This document shows, in pieces, positions 51,224-60,148 of a DNA stretch of 64,000 nt. The notes below the pieces were generated by a model, which was not told the DNA's origin, ran no database searches, and saw only the letters and a program-made list of their open reading frames with translations. Position numbers and translations under genes: made by a program. Source of the DNA: Candidatus Multivoradales bacterium (GTDB lineage: Bacteria > Acidobacteriota > Thermoanaerobaculia > Multivoradales > JAHEKO01). Location of the stretch: positions 256,001-320,000 of the forward strand of contig CBDFIJ010000004.1 of assembly GCA_965248055.1 (NCBI GenBank), written 5' to 3'. Numbering within the stretch: the first letter of the stretch is position 1; the number at the start of each line of letters is the position of its first letter.

Positions 51224-53554
51224 CTAAAACGGAAAGAGCAGTGGGATCAGCCAGATGAGCAGCGCAAAGATCACCAAAGTCAACGGGGTGCCGACCTTTA
51301 CATAGTCCTTCGAGTGGTAGCCGCCTGCGCCCATCACCAGCAGGTTGCATTTGTGGCTAAACGGGGTCATGAACGCTGCTGACGCGGCCAGGCTGACGCC
51401 CATCATCAACGGATAGGGGCTCAAGCTCAGGCGGTCGGCCATTTGGATGACCACTGGGGCCAGCAACACCACCGATGGCGCGCCATCCAAGCCTTGGCTG
51501 AGTAGACTGGCAAGCACGACCAAGGCCCCGAGCACGAAGTGTGGTCCAAGTGGCCCGGCAAACTGCACTACCGAATCGGCCAGGAAATTTGCTGCACCGG
51601 TGCGTTCCATGGCAAAACCGACCGGCAGTACCGCTGCGACCAAGAAAATCACCCGCCACTCGATCGCTCGGTAGGTTTCCTGCATAGTGAGCGCACCGGA
51701 AAAGATCACCAAGGACGCCGCGGTAAACGCAGCAACGTGGATCGGCTGGAAACCGCTGGCGACCAGCCCGACCATCAGCAGCAGACCGCCGACCGCAAAC
51801 GGCGCCTTGCGCTTTCGAAGAGAATCGCCGATCGCTTCGGTCAACACTACGAAGTCAGAGTCTGCCGCCAAACGCTTGAGCTTTTCGCGCGGACCTCTCA
51901 AGAGAAGGGCATCGCCAAAACGCAACACCACATCGGCTAGGTCGGTGTGGATCGGCTGGCCTCCGCGCCACAGTGCCAAGGCAATCAGGCCATAACGGTC
52001 GCGAAAATCCATTTCTTTTAGTGTGCGCCCTTCAGCGGTAGACCTTGGAGCGAGGGCGACTTCGACCATTTCGATATTGTCTGCCTGAAGGCTGGCATCG
52101 GTGTCAGGGTCGCCGAGGACCACTTCACCGACGGACAAAAGCGCCTGGATTGACTGGGGCTCGCTGGCAAGCAGTAAGTGGTCCCCAGCTTCGATCCGGT
52201 CGGCGGGGGAGATCGCTAGCCGGGTGTCACCCTCACGGGTTACCCCCACCACCGTGATACCGACCAGTTCGCCGAGCCGACTCTGGGCGATGGTTTTTCC
52301 GGCCAAATCAGAAGACTCCGGAATGACGATGGTGTAGACCCGGTCCTGCAAGTCTCGCAAGGCCGCCAGCCCCAACTCCAGGACCTCGAAGTCCGTCCCT
52401 TTGGAGAATCTCTCTAAGCTTTTTCGAACGCCGAGGCCGAGGATTTCATCCCCATCTTGAAGGTTCAGTTCAGCAAGATGATCGGTCAACAGTTTGCCAT
52501 CGCGCCGCACTGCGGCGACCACGACACCAAAGCGGTCGCGAAATGCGAGTTCTCTAAGGGACCGATCGACCACCGAAGCATTGGATTGCACTACAGCGCG
52601 AATCCCGCCCACCCCACGAGGCACGGTCGGCAGTTCATCGGCAGAAATCGAATGCACCTCAACGTGCTGCATGCTAAGTAGTTCTTTGACCGTTTCTGCT
52701 TCGCCGTCAACCAGGAGGACGTCACCTCCGTGCAACACCGTTTCGCCTACGACTTGGATCTGGCGAGTCCCGCGTTGCAGGGAAACCACCTTGATTCCGA
52801 GGGTATTTCCCAGCCGGGTCTCGGCAACCGTTTTGTCGTCGAGCGGCGAGTCGTCGGCCAAGTGAAGGGAAAACAGACGATCCTCGAGTCGGTAGACCTG
52901 TGCCAAGTCTTCAGAGGGACCGCCAGCCGGTCCTCGCCCGCCGGACTTCGGCAGCAGCCGTTTGCCGATGGTGACCATATAGATCAATCCCAACAGTAGG
53001 ATCGAGACACCCAAGATAGTGAAATCAAACAGCTTAAACGGCTCCAGGCCGCGGTCGGCAAGCATCTGTGCGGCCAGAATATTGGGCGGCGTTCCCACCA
53101 AAGTTGTGGTGCCACCGAGGATTGCGCCGAATGCCAGAGGCATGAAAAGCCGGGAAGGGGCTAGGCCTGCTCGGGGCCCCAAAGTGGCAACCGCAGGCAT
53201 CAACACTGCGGTCGCGGCGATGTTGTTCATGAACGCTGACAGCAAACCGGCCACCAGCATCAAGGTCACCATCAACCGAATCTCGCTGTTGCCGACCAGT
53301 CGATGAATCTGTCCACCGATCATGTCCGCCACTCCGGTCTCCAGCATCGCGGCACCAATGATGAACACCGACATCATGGTGATGACAGCCGGCGATGAGA
53401 ACCCTTGAAATGCTTCTCCAGGTGTTACGTACCCTGCAAAGATCAGTACGATCAAGCCAAGAAAGGCGGTCAGATCGACGGCTAACTTCTCGGTCAGGAA
53501 CAGATACACCATGACCGCCAAGATGGCGAACAGGATTCCGATTTGTAGGGTCAT
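51224..53554 (-). CDS. SLC13 family permease with multiple TrkA-C domains
   Basis: SAFMNN, GGTTTLVGTPPN and AFMTP motifs; about four TrkA-C repeats. Confidence 0.92.
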   Translation of the reverse strand: MTLQIGILFAILAVMVYLFLTEKLAVDLTAFLGLIVLIFAGYVTPGEAFQGFSSPAVITMMSVFIIGAAMLETGVADMIGGQIHRLVGNSEIRLMVTLMLVAGLLSAFMNNIAATAVLMPAVATLGPRAGLAPSRLFMPLAFGAILGGTTTLVGTPPNILAAQMLADRGLEPFKLFDFTILGVSILLLGLIYMVTIGKRLLPKSGGRGPAGGPSEDLAQVYRLEDRLFSLHLADDSPLDDKTVAETRLGNTLGIKVVSLQRGTRQIQVVGETVLHGGDVLLVDGEAETVKELLSMQHVEVHSISADELPTVPRGVGGIRAVVQSNASVVDRSLRELAFRDRFGVVVAAVRRDGKLLTDHLAELNLQDGDEILGLGVRKSLERFSKGTDFEVLELGLAALRDLQDRVYTIVIPESSDLAGKTIAQSRLGELVGITVVGVTREGDTRLAISPADRIEAGDHLLLASEPQSIQALLSVGEVVLGDPDTDASLQADNIEMVEVALAPRSTAEGRTLKEMDFRDRYGLIALALWRGGQPIHTDLADVVLRFGDALLLRGPREKLKRLAADSDFVVLTEAIGDSLRKRKAPFAVGGLLLMVGLVASGFQPIHVAAFTAASLVIFSGALTMQETYRAIEWRVIFLVAAVLPVGFAMERTGAANFLADSVVQFAGPLGPHFVLGALVVLASLLSQGLDGAPSVVLLAPVVIQMADRLSLSPYPLMMGVSLAASAAFMTPFSHKCNLLVMGAGGYHSKDYVKVGTPLTLVIFALLIWLIPLLFPF

Positions 53555-53591
53555 AGAAAGGGAAGCCTACATCAGCGTGCGGAAATGGTCG

Positions 53592-53667
53592 TGGTGGGCC
53601 GCCAGGGACTCGAACCCTGCACCCGCAGATTAAAAGTCTGCTGCTCTACCTGATGAGCTAACGGCCC
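53592..53667 (-). tRNA. tRNA-Lys(TTT)
   Basis: GGGCCGTTAGCTCA...GCAGA-CTTTTAA-TCTGC...GTTCGAG...CCA cloverleaf. Confidence 0.97.
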
Positions 53668-53801
53668 CTCGCGGAGGCTAGCACGGCGGAAAGCTGAGTT
53701 GGTAGCCCCAAAAAGAGCGTTGAGGAGCGGAAAACGAAGGACTCGAACCGTATTGCCCTAACGACTGATTTCATGGCAAGATCCGCGAGCCGTTTCGGCG
53801 T

Positions 53802-53879
53802 GTCCCCATCGTCTAGCCCGGTCTAGGACGTCGCCCTTTCAAGGCGAAAACACGGGTTCGAATCCCGTTGGGGGCACCA
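53802..53879 (+). tRNA. tRNA-Glu(TTC)
   Basis: GTCCCCATCGTCTAG...TCGCC-CTTTCAA-GGCGA...GTTCGAA...CCA cloverleaf. Confidence 0.97.
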
Positions 53880-54111
53880 TCGCGTGCAACGATCCTGGAA
53901 CCACGCCAGCAATTATCTTTTCAACCGTTCCAGTAGCTTGGAATCTGAACCCTCTGCGACCGTCTTTATCCTCTGGAGCGAAGGTTATTCGCTCGGTCAA
54001 GAGCTTCTGAACTATCTGCCGGGATTGGGGCACTTGGCGACCCAAAACGCCACGCCTTTGCTCGACCGCGTTATTGATCTTTGCTTCCATGTTCTCGTCA
54101 ATGGTGAGGTT
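53839..54111 (-). pseudogene. C-terminal remnant of a probable large serine recombinase/integrase reading into tRNA-Glu
   Basis: SRQIVQKLL.ERITF.P...FRF.ATG...MVPPTGFEP; frame open up to the IS end at 54112. Confidence 0.6.
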
Positions 54112-54123
54112 TGGAGTTGACCC

Positions 54124-55360
54124 GGTGGTCTCATTCGGTCATCGCAACAGTTCAGCCAATTTTTCGGTCGGTTTCATCCATCCGAGCGTTTTTCGAGGTC
54201 GATCATTAAGCATATGAGCAACATGGTCGAGATGGCCCTGGCTGTGGACCTCGAGGTCGGTTCCCTTTGGGAAGTACTGGCGCAGTAACCCGTTGGTATT
54301 CTCGTTGCTTCCTCGCTGCCATGGGCTATGTGGATCACAGAAGTAGACTTGGACTCCCGTGTCGATGGTGAACTTGAGATGGGCAGCAAGCTCTTTCCCG
54401 CGATCCCAGGTCAAGGAGACTGCGAGATGTCTAGGCAGCGTCTTGATCTTCTTTGCTAGCAACGAACAGACATGTTGGCTGGTCCTATTTCGGCCGACAG
54501 AGAGCAACATGACATATCTAGTTTGACGTTCGACCAGGGTGGCAATCGCCGATTGCCCAAGCGCTCCAATAATGAGATCGCCTTCCCAATGCCCAGGAAC
54601 AGCGCGATCTTCGATCTCAGCAGGGCGGTCTGAAATGAGGACCATGCCCTTGATGTACCCGCCAGGATCTTTGCGTCCATGAGGTTTGCGGCGGGTGCGT
54701 TTCGAACGGGGGCAAGCCGAGAGTTCTTTTCGCAACGCTCCCCGCGATTGAACAAACAGAGACTGGTAGATCGTTTCATGTGACACGCGTAGCTCGGAGT
54801 CGTTTGGGTTCTCGACCATTAGTCTCGCACTGATCTGCTCAGGAGACCAAAGCTTGTTCAGCATCGCTTCAACTTGAACACGGAGCCCTGGACATCGTCT
54901 CAGCTTCGAGATCTTAGGTCTCCTGGCTCTCCTGTAGGCCGCCTCGTCAGCCCGAACAGCCCGATAACGTCGGCGACCTCCATTGGCATTGACCTCACGT
55001 GAGATCGTCGACGGCGCTCGCTTGAGATGGCGGGCGATCACTCGATACGAAGCGCCTCCACTTAGATGGCGAGAGATCTCCTCGCGTTCGGCTAACGACA
55101 ACCGTAGCTCTGAGCGACTTGTCTCTCGCGCTGGTAGGCCTCCTGATGAATTCAACAGCCTCTGGACGGTCTTTGTTGAGCATCTGGCTGTGGCAGCAGC
55201 TTCTTCGAAGCTGCTGCCCTTGCCCACTAGGGACCGTACCTCCAATCGCTCTCCACGGGTAAGCCGCATGCCTCGGATTCGTCTCTTTACCATCCCAACA
55301 CCTCCTGAGAATCTCTATCAAAGAATTCTCCAAGTGTTGCGATGATCGTTTGAGACCACC
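54124..55360 (-). mobile_element. IS30-family insertion sequence
   Basis: 26-bp IRs GGTGGTCTCATTCGGTCATCGCAACA / TGTTGCGATGATCGTTTGAGACCACC; CCC direct repeat on both sides. Confidence 0.93.
54139..55293 (-). CDS. IS30-family transposase
   Basis: STISREV, HWEGDL, WDRGKE and PWQRGSNENTNGLLRQYFPKG motifs. Confidence 0.96.
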   Translation of the reverse strand: MVKRRIRGMRLTRGERLEVRSLVGKGSSFEEAAATARCSTKTVQRLLNSSGGLPARETSRSELRLSLAEREEISRHLSGGASYRVIARHLKRAPSTISREVNANGGRRRYRAVRADEAAYRRARRPKISKLRRCPGLRVQVEAMLNKLWSPEQISARLMVENPNDSELRVSHETIYQSLFVQSRGALRKELSACPRSKRTRRKPHGRKDPGGYIKGMVLISDRPAEIEDRAVPGHWEGDLIIGALGQSAIATLVERQTRYVMLLSVGRNRTSQHVCSLLAKKIKTLPRHLAVSLTWDRGKELAAHLKFTIDTGVQVYFCDPHSPWQRGSNENTNGLLRQYFPKGTDLEVHSQGHLDHVAHMLNDRPRKTLGWMKPTEKLAELLR

Positions 55361-55610
55361 CCCGTTTTCGTGGACACATCAACCTTTGAGAAGGGAGGTT
55401 CGAGAAAATGGGACAACTCCACTGGCGCGTTTCCCACCGCTCCTTGGACGTCGCCTTTGGCGCCGGTCGCTAACCAAACTGCTCTCGCTCAATGAGAGCT
55501 AAACTGTGTGTCCACCAAAACGGGGCAGCTTCACCTCCGTACCCGCCCCGGCAGAATGGAATCCTCTTGAATCAATACCTACTAGAGTAAGATGTCGCGC
55601 AAGGGTTAGG

Positions 55611-56201
55611 TTAGGGACGCGTCCTTCGCTTATCATCCAACATGTCATCTATGTAGACCTGCCAGTCATCGATGCCTGACTGCTGCAATGCAATTTCATT
55701 GTTCAGCGTCGCAATCTCTTGATTCAGGCGGTCAATTGCAGACTCCAGGCGCTCTTGCCCCTTTTCACTCTCCTCGCGAAAACGGTCATCGTTTGCTGGA
55801 TTTCCAAATGCAGATCGGTCCCCTGTTACCTGCTGGACAGCTTCGAGATGGGCTGAAAGCCCACGATATCTCACGGTCGCGTCCGCTAACTGCTTCTTAA
55901 GACTCTGCAGCCGCTGGTTTGCCGACTCCTCTCTCTTGATCAGGAGTTCAAGGCTTCGACCTTCCTCCAACCTTTCAAGCGATCGAGCAATTCGCTCAAG
56001 AATCTCCATGATTTCGAGCAATTCGCTTTCGGCTGGTTCCTGTTTGGCGACCTGCTCCGGAGCCTGTGCCTGCACGTAATACGGCCCAAGAACGAGCACG
56101 AATAGCAAAATAATATAACTTGATGCAAGCGGTCTTGTCATTTTCGGCCTACTCCTTTCGCGATTAAATACTGTCTTGACTAATATCTGCAAGTATCTCA
56201 T
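55611..56201 (-). CDS. Hypothetical exported or membrane-anchored coiled-coil protein
   Basis: Hydrophobic N-terminal segment ending VQAQA, then heptad-rich helical sequence. Confidence 0.6.
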   Translation of the reverse strand: MRYLQILVKTVFNRERSRPKMTRPLASSYIILLFVLVLGPYYVQAQAPEQVAKQEPAESELLEIMEILERIARSLERLEEGRSLELLIKREESANQRLQSLKKQLADATVRYRGLSAHLEAVQQVTGDRSAFGNPANDDRFREESEKGQERLESAIDRLNQEIATLNNEIALQQSGIDDWQVYIDDMLDDKRRTRP

Positions 56202-56586
56202 AGAGATCTAAGCCTCCGACGGTTCTTTGACAACCTGCCCACACTCAAGAGCCTCTCGAACCCAGAACGCTAGAACCAACGTTGTCAAAAGTTTGAATGG
56301 GCTTGAACAACACCCATCCGCATCTGCTTTGCCGCATTCAGAAGCTTCTCACGGTCGACAGCGCCCAGAACAGGCTCATGGAGGACAGGCTCTAACTGAT
56401 GCCATGCACGATCCACAGCTCGGCTTAATACTTGGTCTAATGAAGCTTGCTGAGCGCGCAGACGAACGCCCTCGGCAACACTCCCGCATCGCGTTTCGGA
56501 GTAGTTTCTTAGTCATAGCAGGATGCGTCTTGAATTCCAGTGGCACTCTGAATGTGTAGTAGTAAGCGTCTGTTAGTCCGCGGTAC

Positions 56587-57016
56587 TCAGGCAGCCCCAC
56601 CAGCACTGAAGAGTCGAGAATAGAGCTCCGATTCTTGCATGAGAGCATTGTGGTTGCCTTGAGCAACGACAGTACCTTGATCCAGGACCAAGATTCGATC
56701 AGCCCGTTTCATCGCATTACGGTGAGAGATCATCAAGATCGTACGTTGTCGCATGAACTTACTGACCGAATCCTCAAGAAACAAGGATGACTCTGTATCC
56801 TGCGCGGACATTGCTTCGTCGAGAATAAGAACGGCAGGATTTCGAAGAATCGCGCGTGCGATCGCAATGCGTTGTCCCTGCCCCACCGAAAGTGCGTTGC
56901 CGCGCTCACCAACTTCCCTATCGTATGAATTCGCCCGCGCTTCCGTGAACTCTTCTACGTTCGATGCCCTATCTGCCAACGTAGCTGAGACACTTGGCCC
57001 CCTGATAATTAGAGGG
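56587..57016 (-). pseudogene. C-terminal fragment of an ABC exporter ATPase domain, truncated by an IS
   Basis: VGERG, degenerate signature LSVGQGQRIAIARA and ILDEA present; no Walker A or TM domain. Confidence 0.8.
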
Positions 57017-57033
57017 CGGAAGGAGGTTTCAGT

Positions 57034-57513
57034 ATGTTTCAGAATCAGCCCATATTGCCCGTCTCGCCGAAGGCGACCGAGGAGCGTAGCGACGAGGGAG
57101 CCGGAGGGGAGACGGCGCATTTGTCCTCGACCCCCGAATCGGTACCCGACCCTGAGATCGAGGCTCGACCCGCCAGACGGCGGTTTACGGCAAAGTACAA
57201 GCTGGCGATCTTGGAGCAGGCCGACGCTTGCTCCAGCCGAGAGGAGGTCGGGTCCCTGTTGCGCCGGGAGGGTCTCTACTCATCTCATCTATCTAACTGG
57301 CGCCTAGCTCGGCGACGGGGATCGCTTGCCGCGCTCGGCAAAAGCCGTGGACGCAAACCCAAAAGGCACCCGTTGGAAAGCAAGGTTGCTCGACTAGAGC
57401 GGGAGAAGACTCGGCTTGAGAACGAATTGCACAAGGCACAGCTGATCATCGATGTGCAAAGAAAAGTAGCCGGGCTGCTGGGTATCCCCTCAGAGGGCGA
57501 GAAGAACTCGTGA
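57034..57513 (+). CDS. Transposase OrfA (HTH)
   Basis: RRRFTAKYKLAIL and LLRREGLYSSHL..WR motifs. Confidence 0.88.
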   Translation: MFQNQPILPVSPKATEERSDEGAGGETAHLSSTPESVPDPEIEARPARRRFTAKYKLAILEQADACSSREEVGSLLRREGLYSSHLSNWRLARRRGSLAALGKSRGRKPKRHPLESKVARLEREKTRLENELHKAQLIIDVQRKVAGLLGIPSEGEKNS

Positions 57514-58523
57514 AAGCGGCCAGGACGCTGGCTCCGTGGGTCGGTATCGCACCGGCCTGCCGGAGCCTGAGCGTCAGTCGTGCAACGTTCTATCGTCGGC
57601 TTCGGCCGAGATCAACCGAGCCTCAGCAGCCTCGACCGACTCCAGCTCGGGCACTGACAGTCAGCGAAAAACAACAGGTCCTTGACCTACTCAACGGGCC
57701 GCGCTTTGTCGACGCTGCACCGGCGGCCGTGGTGGCCACCCTTCTCGACGAAGAACGCTATCTGTGCTCGGAGCGCACCATGTACCGACTCCTGGCAGCT
57801 GAGAAGACGCTGCAGGAGAGACGGCGCCAACGCCGCCATCCGGTCTATACCAAGCCAGAGCTACTCGCCACAGCGGCAAACCAAGTCTGGAGCTGGGATA
57901 TCACCCGGCTGCGAGGTCCTCAGCCGGGATGGTGGTTCTATCTCTACGTTGTCCTCGATATCTTCAGCCGCTATGTGGTCGGCTGGATGCTCGCCGAGCA
58001 CGAACGCGAGGCCTTAGCCCAAAGGCTTCTCGAGGAGACCTCAACCAAGCAAGGCATTCCCAAGAATCAGCTAACCCTACACAGTGATCGGGGCTCGCCG
58101 ATGACCGCCAAGGACACCGGACGACTCCTCGTACGGCTTGGTATCTCTCAGTCGTTCTCGCGGCCTCGCATCTCCAACGATAACCCCTTCTCCGAAGCAC
58201 AATTCAAGACCCTCAAGTATCACCCGAGCTTTCCGGATCGGTTCGGCTCAATCGAGGACGCGATCGCCTTCTGCCGCTCGTTTTTCCGCTGGTACAACAC
58301 CCAGCACCGGCACGCCGGCATCGCCATGCTGACACCCGAAGATGTCCACTGCGGCAAGGCCGACCACAAGCTCAAGATCCGTCAACTGGCCCTCGATGAA
58401 GCCCGGCGAAACAACCCGCAGCGCTTTGTCCGAGGAAGACCGACCATTCAGCGGCTACCCAGAGCCGTATGGATCAATCCACCCGAACATCAGCGCACCA
58501 AGGAGGTTGTCCCGATTCACTAA
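57510..58523 (+). CDS. Transposase OrfB (rve DDE domain)
   Basis: WSWDIT, LHSDRG and DNPFSEAQFKTLKY motifs. Confidence 0.93.
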   Translation: MKAARTLAPWVGIAPACRSLSVSRATFYRRLRPRSTEPQQPRPTPARALTVSEKQQVLDLLNGPRFVDAAPAAVVATLLDEERYLCSERTMYRLLAAEKTLQERRRQRRHPVYTKPELLATAANQVWSWDITRLRGPQPGWWFYLYVVLDIFSRYVVGWMLAEHEREALAQRLLEETSTKQGIPKNQLTLHSDRGSPMTAKDTGRLLVRLGISQSFSRPRISNDNPFSEAQFKTLKYHPSFPDRFGSIEDAIAFCRSFFRWYNTQHRHAGIAMLTPEDVHCGKADHKLKIRQLALDEARRNNPQRFVRGRPTIQRLPRAVWINPPEHQRTKEVVPIH

Positions 58524-58784
58524 TTAATTCTGCCAACTGTCTCAAAGTTGTTGACAGGTTCCGTACGCAGGTTGATCGATTCTCGATCGGTCACTTTCTG
58601 CGATCTCCACTAAACATTGTTGGGTTCAGGGAATCTAGTACACTTAGGAGAGTCTTTGGATAAGAAGTTCGGTGTTCGTTCGGATGGTAGCGAACTGTTG
58701 GATTCGCTCGACGAATCAACAGAGCGGACTCCACCGGATGTCTCTAGACAAGTGCTGAATCGGTGATCGCTTGAGGTGACATAA

Positions 58785-60125
58785 ATGACAGCAATACGAA
58801 ATCGATCTACAGAGTCTGGTATACCGCGATTGCTTACCAAGAAGTTACGGCTTCTTGGTTGTCTGATCGTCGCGTTCGGGGTCGCTTCGTCTGCCTTAGC
58901 TCAGGGCGGGGTTGTTGTTATGGCGATGACGAACTTCTGGGAGGAAGATGTTGAGCTCGGCCAAGTTCGTTATCTTCAACTTGCGGATTCGTCAGAACAG
59001 GATGTTCTCAACGGCACGGTCTTGAAGGCCGGCGATGAGCTATGGAGTGATTCGGACGAGGTCATCGTTCGACTGGCGTGCAACGATGGCACCGGAAATC
59101 TGCTTTGGGGAAGATTCCGGGCAGCAGTTGGTGCCAGTTGTGCCTTGAGACTGGCAAGCGGCAGTTTGGAGGTACTGACCGATCGTCAGATCCAAAATGA
59201 CGTTGGTGGAGTTGTTCTTGGCAACGAGGGTACCCAGTACTCTGTGCGGCTGGATCGACTTGAAGGGTCGGCTGTCGCCGAGGTGGTGGTGTTTGACGGA
59301 AAGGTCAACGCTAGTGAAGGGAGCCGATCAGAGAGTATTCATACCGGAAGAACTCTCCGCTGGGAACTCGATCGTCGGCTTGAAGGCCGACAACAAGGAT
59401 TGAATTCCGAAGATGTTGAGTCCTCGGCTGAAGTGTATGCCAGGGCGGATCGGGCGGTTTCGAGACTCTCACATCGGAGTTACCGCTCCGTTGATCTTGA
59501 TATTCAAGATCTGGAGCAACTGCATGCCCGGGTGCTACGTTCTCCCGACGATGACCGAGCTCGCGTAGATCTCGCTCGCGCGCAGATCGAATTGGGTGTC
59601 TATGATGATGCCTTTTATCACCTCAAGCGGGGCGATCTAGTTAAGAAGAAGAAGCTAAAGAAAAACGACATTGATACTGGACAGTTACGGGATGGTCTTT
59701 CTCCTGACAATCGGCGTGAATTGGACGACGCGCTCTCTAAGGGTGGGTTCGCTAAGAAGGCACTTACTGGATTGGCGGTGGCAACTGCCGCAGTCCTGAT
59801 TCATGAAGCGATAGATGACGACGACGCCAGTAACCCTGAGGACAGACAAGACCCAAAGAGTGCTGAATGTGCTGAAGTGAACCGCTTACTGGGTAGTAAT
59901 AGTCAAGAAGCGGGTCCCAGAAGCGATCGAGCGATTGAAGAGCAACGTGCTCTTTCCTGCCACTGGTATGCTAGAGCGCTTGCTGAGGCTACATCGCCGT
60001 CTAGGGGCGCAGTTCCCCTGTCTAGTACTGACAGTTGCGCCAAAGCGCTGAGAGCTCACAACAACGACCACTTGCTCAAGCCTATCCAAGAACAGAAATG
60101 TAATCCGGGGGAAAGTGTTCATTAG
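58785..60125 (+). CDS. Exported protein with FecR-like beta domain and TPR-like helices
   Basis: Signal peptide ending ALA-Q; L..GDEL, L..GSL and GTQYSV...VVVFDGKV FecR-like motifs; ARVDLARAQIELG.YDDA TPR-like segment. Confidence 0.7.
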   Translation: MTAIRNRSTESGIPRLLTKKLRLLGCLIVAFGVASSALAQGGVVVMAMTNFWEEDVELGQVRYLQLADSSEQDVLNGTVLKAGDELWSDSDEVIVRLACNDGTGNLLWGRFRAAVGASCALRLASGSLEVLTDRQIQNDVGGVVLGNEGTQYSVRLDRLEGSAVAEVVVFDGKVNASEGSRSESIHTGRTLRWELDRRLEGRQQGLNSEDVESSAEVYARADRAVSRLSHRSYRSVDLDIQDLEQLHARVLRSPDDDRARVDLARAQIELGVYDDAFYHLKRGDLVKKKKLKKNDIDTGQLRDGLSPDNRRELDDALSKGGFAKKALTGLAVATAAVLIHEAIDDDDASNPEDRQDPKSAECAEVNRLLGSNSQEAGPRSDRAIEEQRALSCHWYARALAEATSPSRGAVPLSSTDSCAKALRAHNNDHLLKPIQEQKCNPGESVH

Positions 60126-60148
60126 GGGGATTTTCAGGAGTACCAACT

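Larger units (their letters stand above)
54112..55533 (+). mobile_element. About 180-bp non-autonomous IS3-type derivative, split by IS30
   Basis: Removing IS30 restores TGGAGTTGACCCGTTTTCGTGGACAC, complementary to GTGTCCACCAAAACGGGGCAGCTTCA (55508-55533); TG...CA ends. Confidence 0.75.
57017..58563 (+). mobile_element. IS3-like insertion sequence, copy 1
   Basis: orfA/orfB pair; CGGAA...TTCCG ends; right end fixed by identity with the second copy at 63720; left end approximate. Confidence 0.85.

Noticed and set aside
56376-56516. Cys-rich 46-aa peptide next to the ABC fragment as a RiPP precursor
   Set aside because: No leader motif or modifying enzyme nearby, and an alternative frame looks more protein-like
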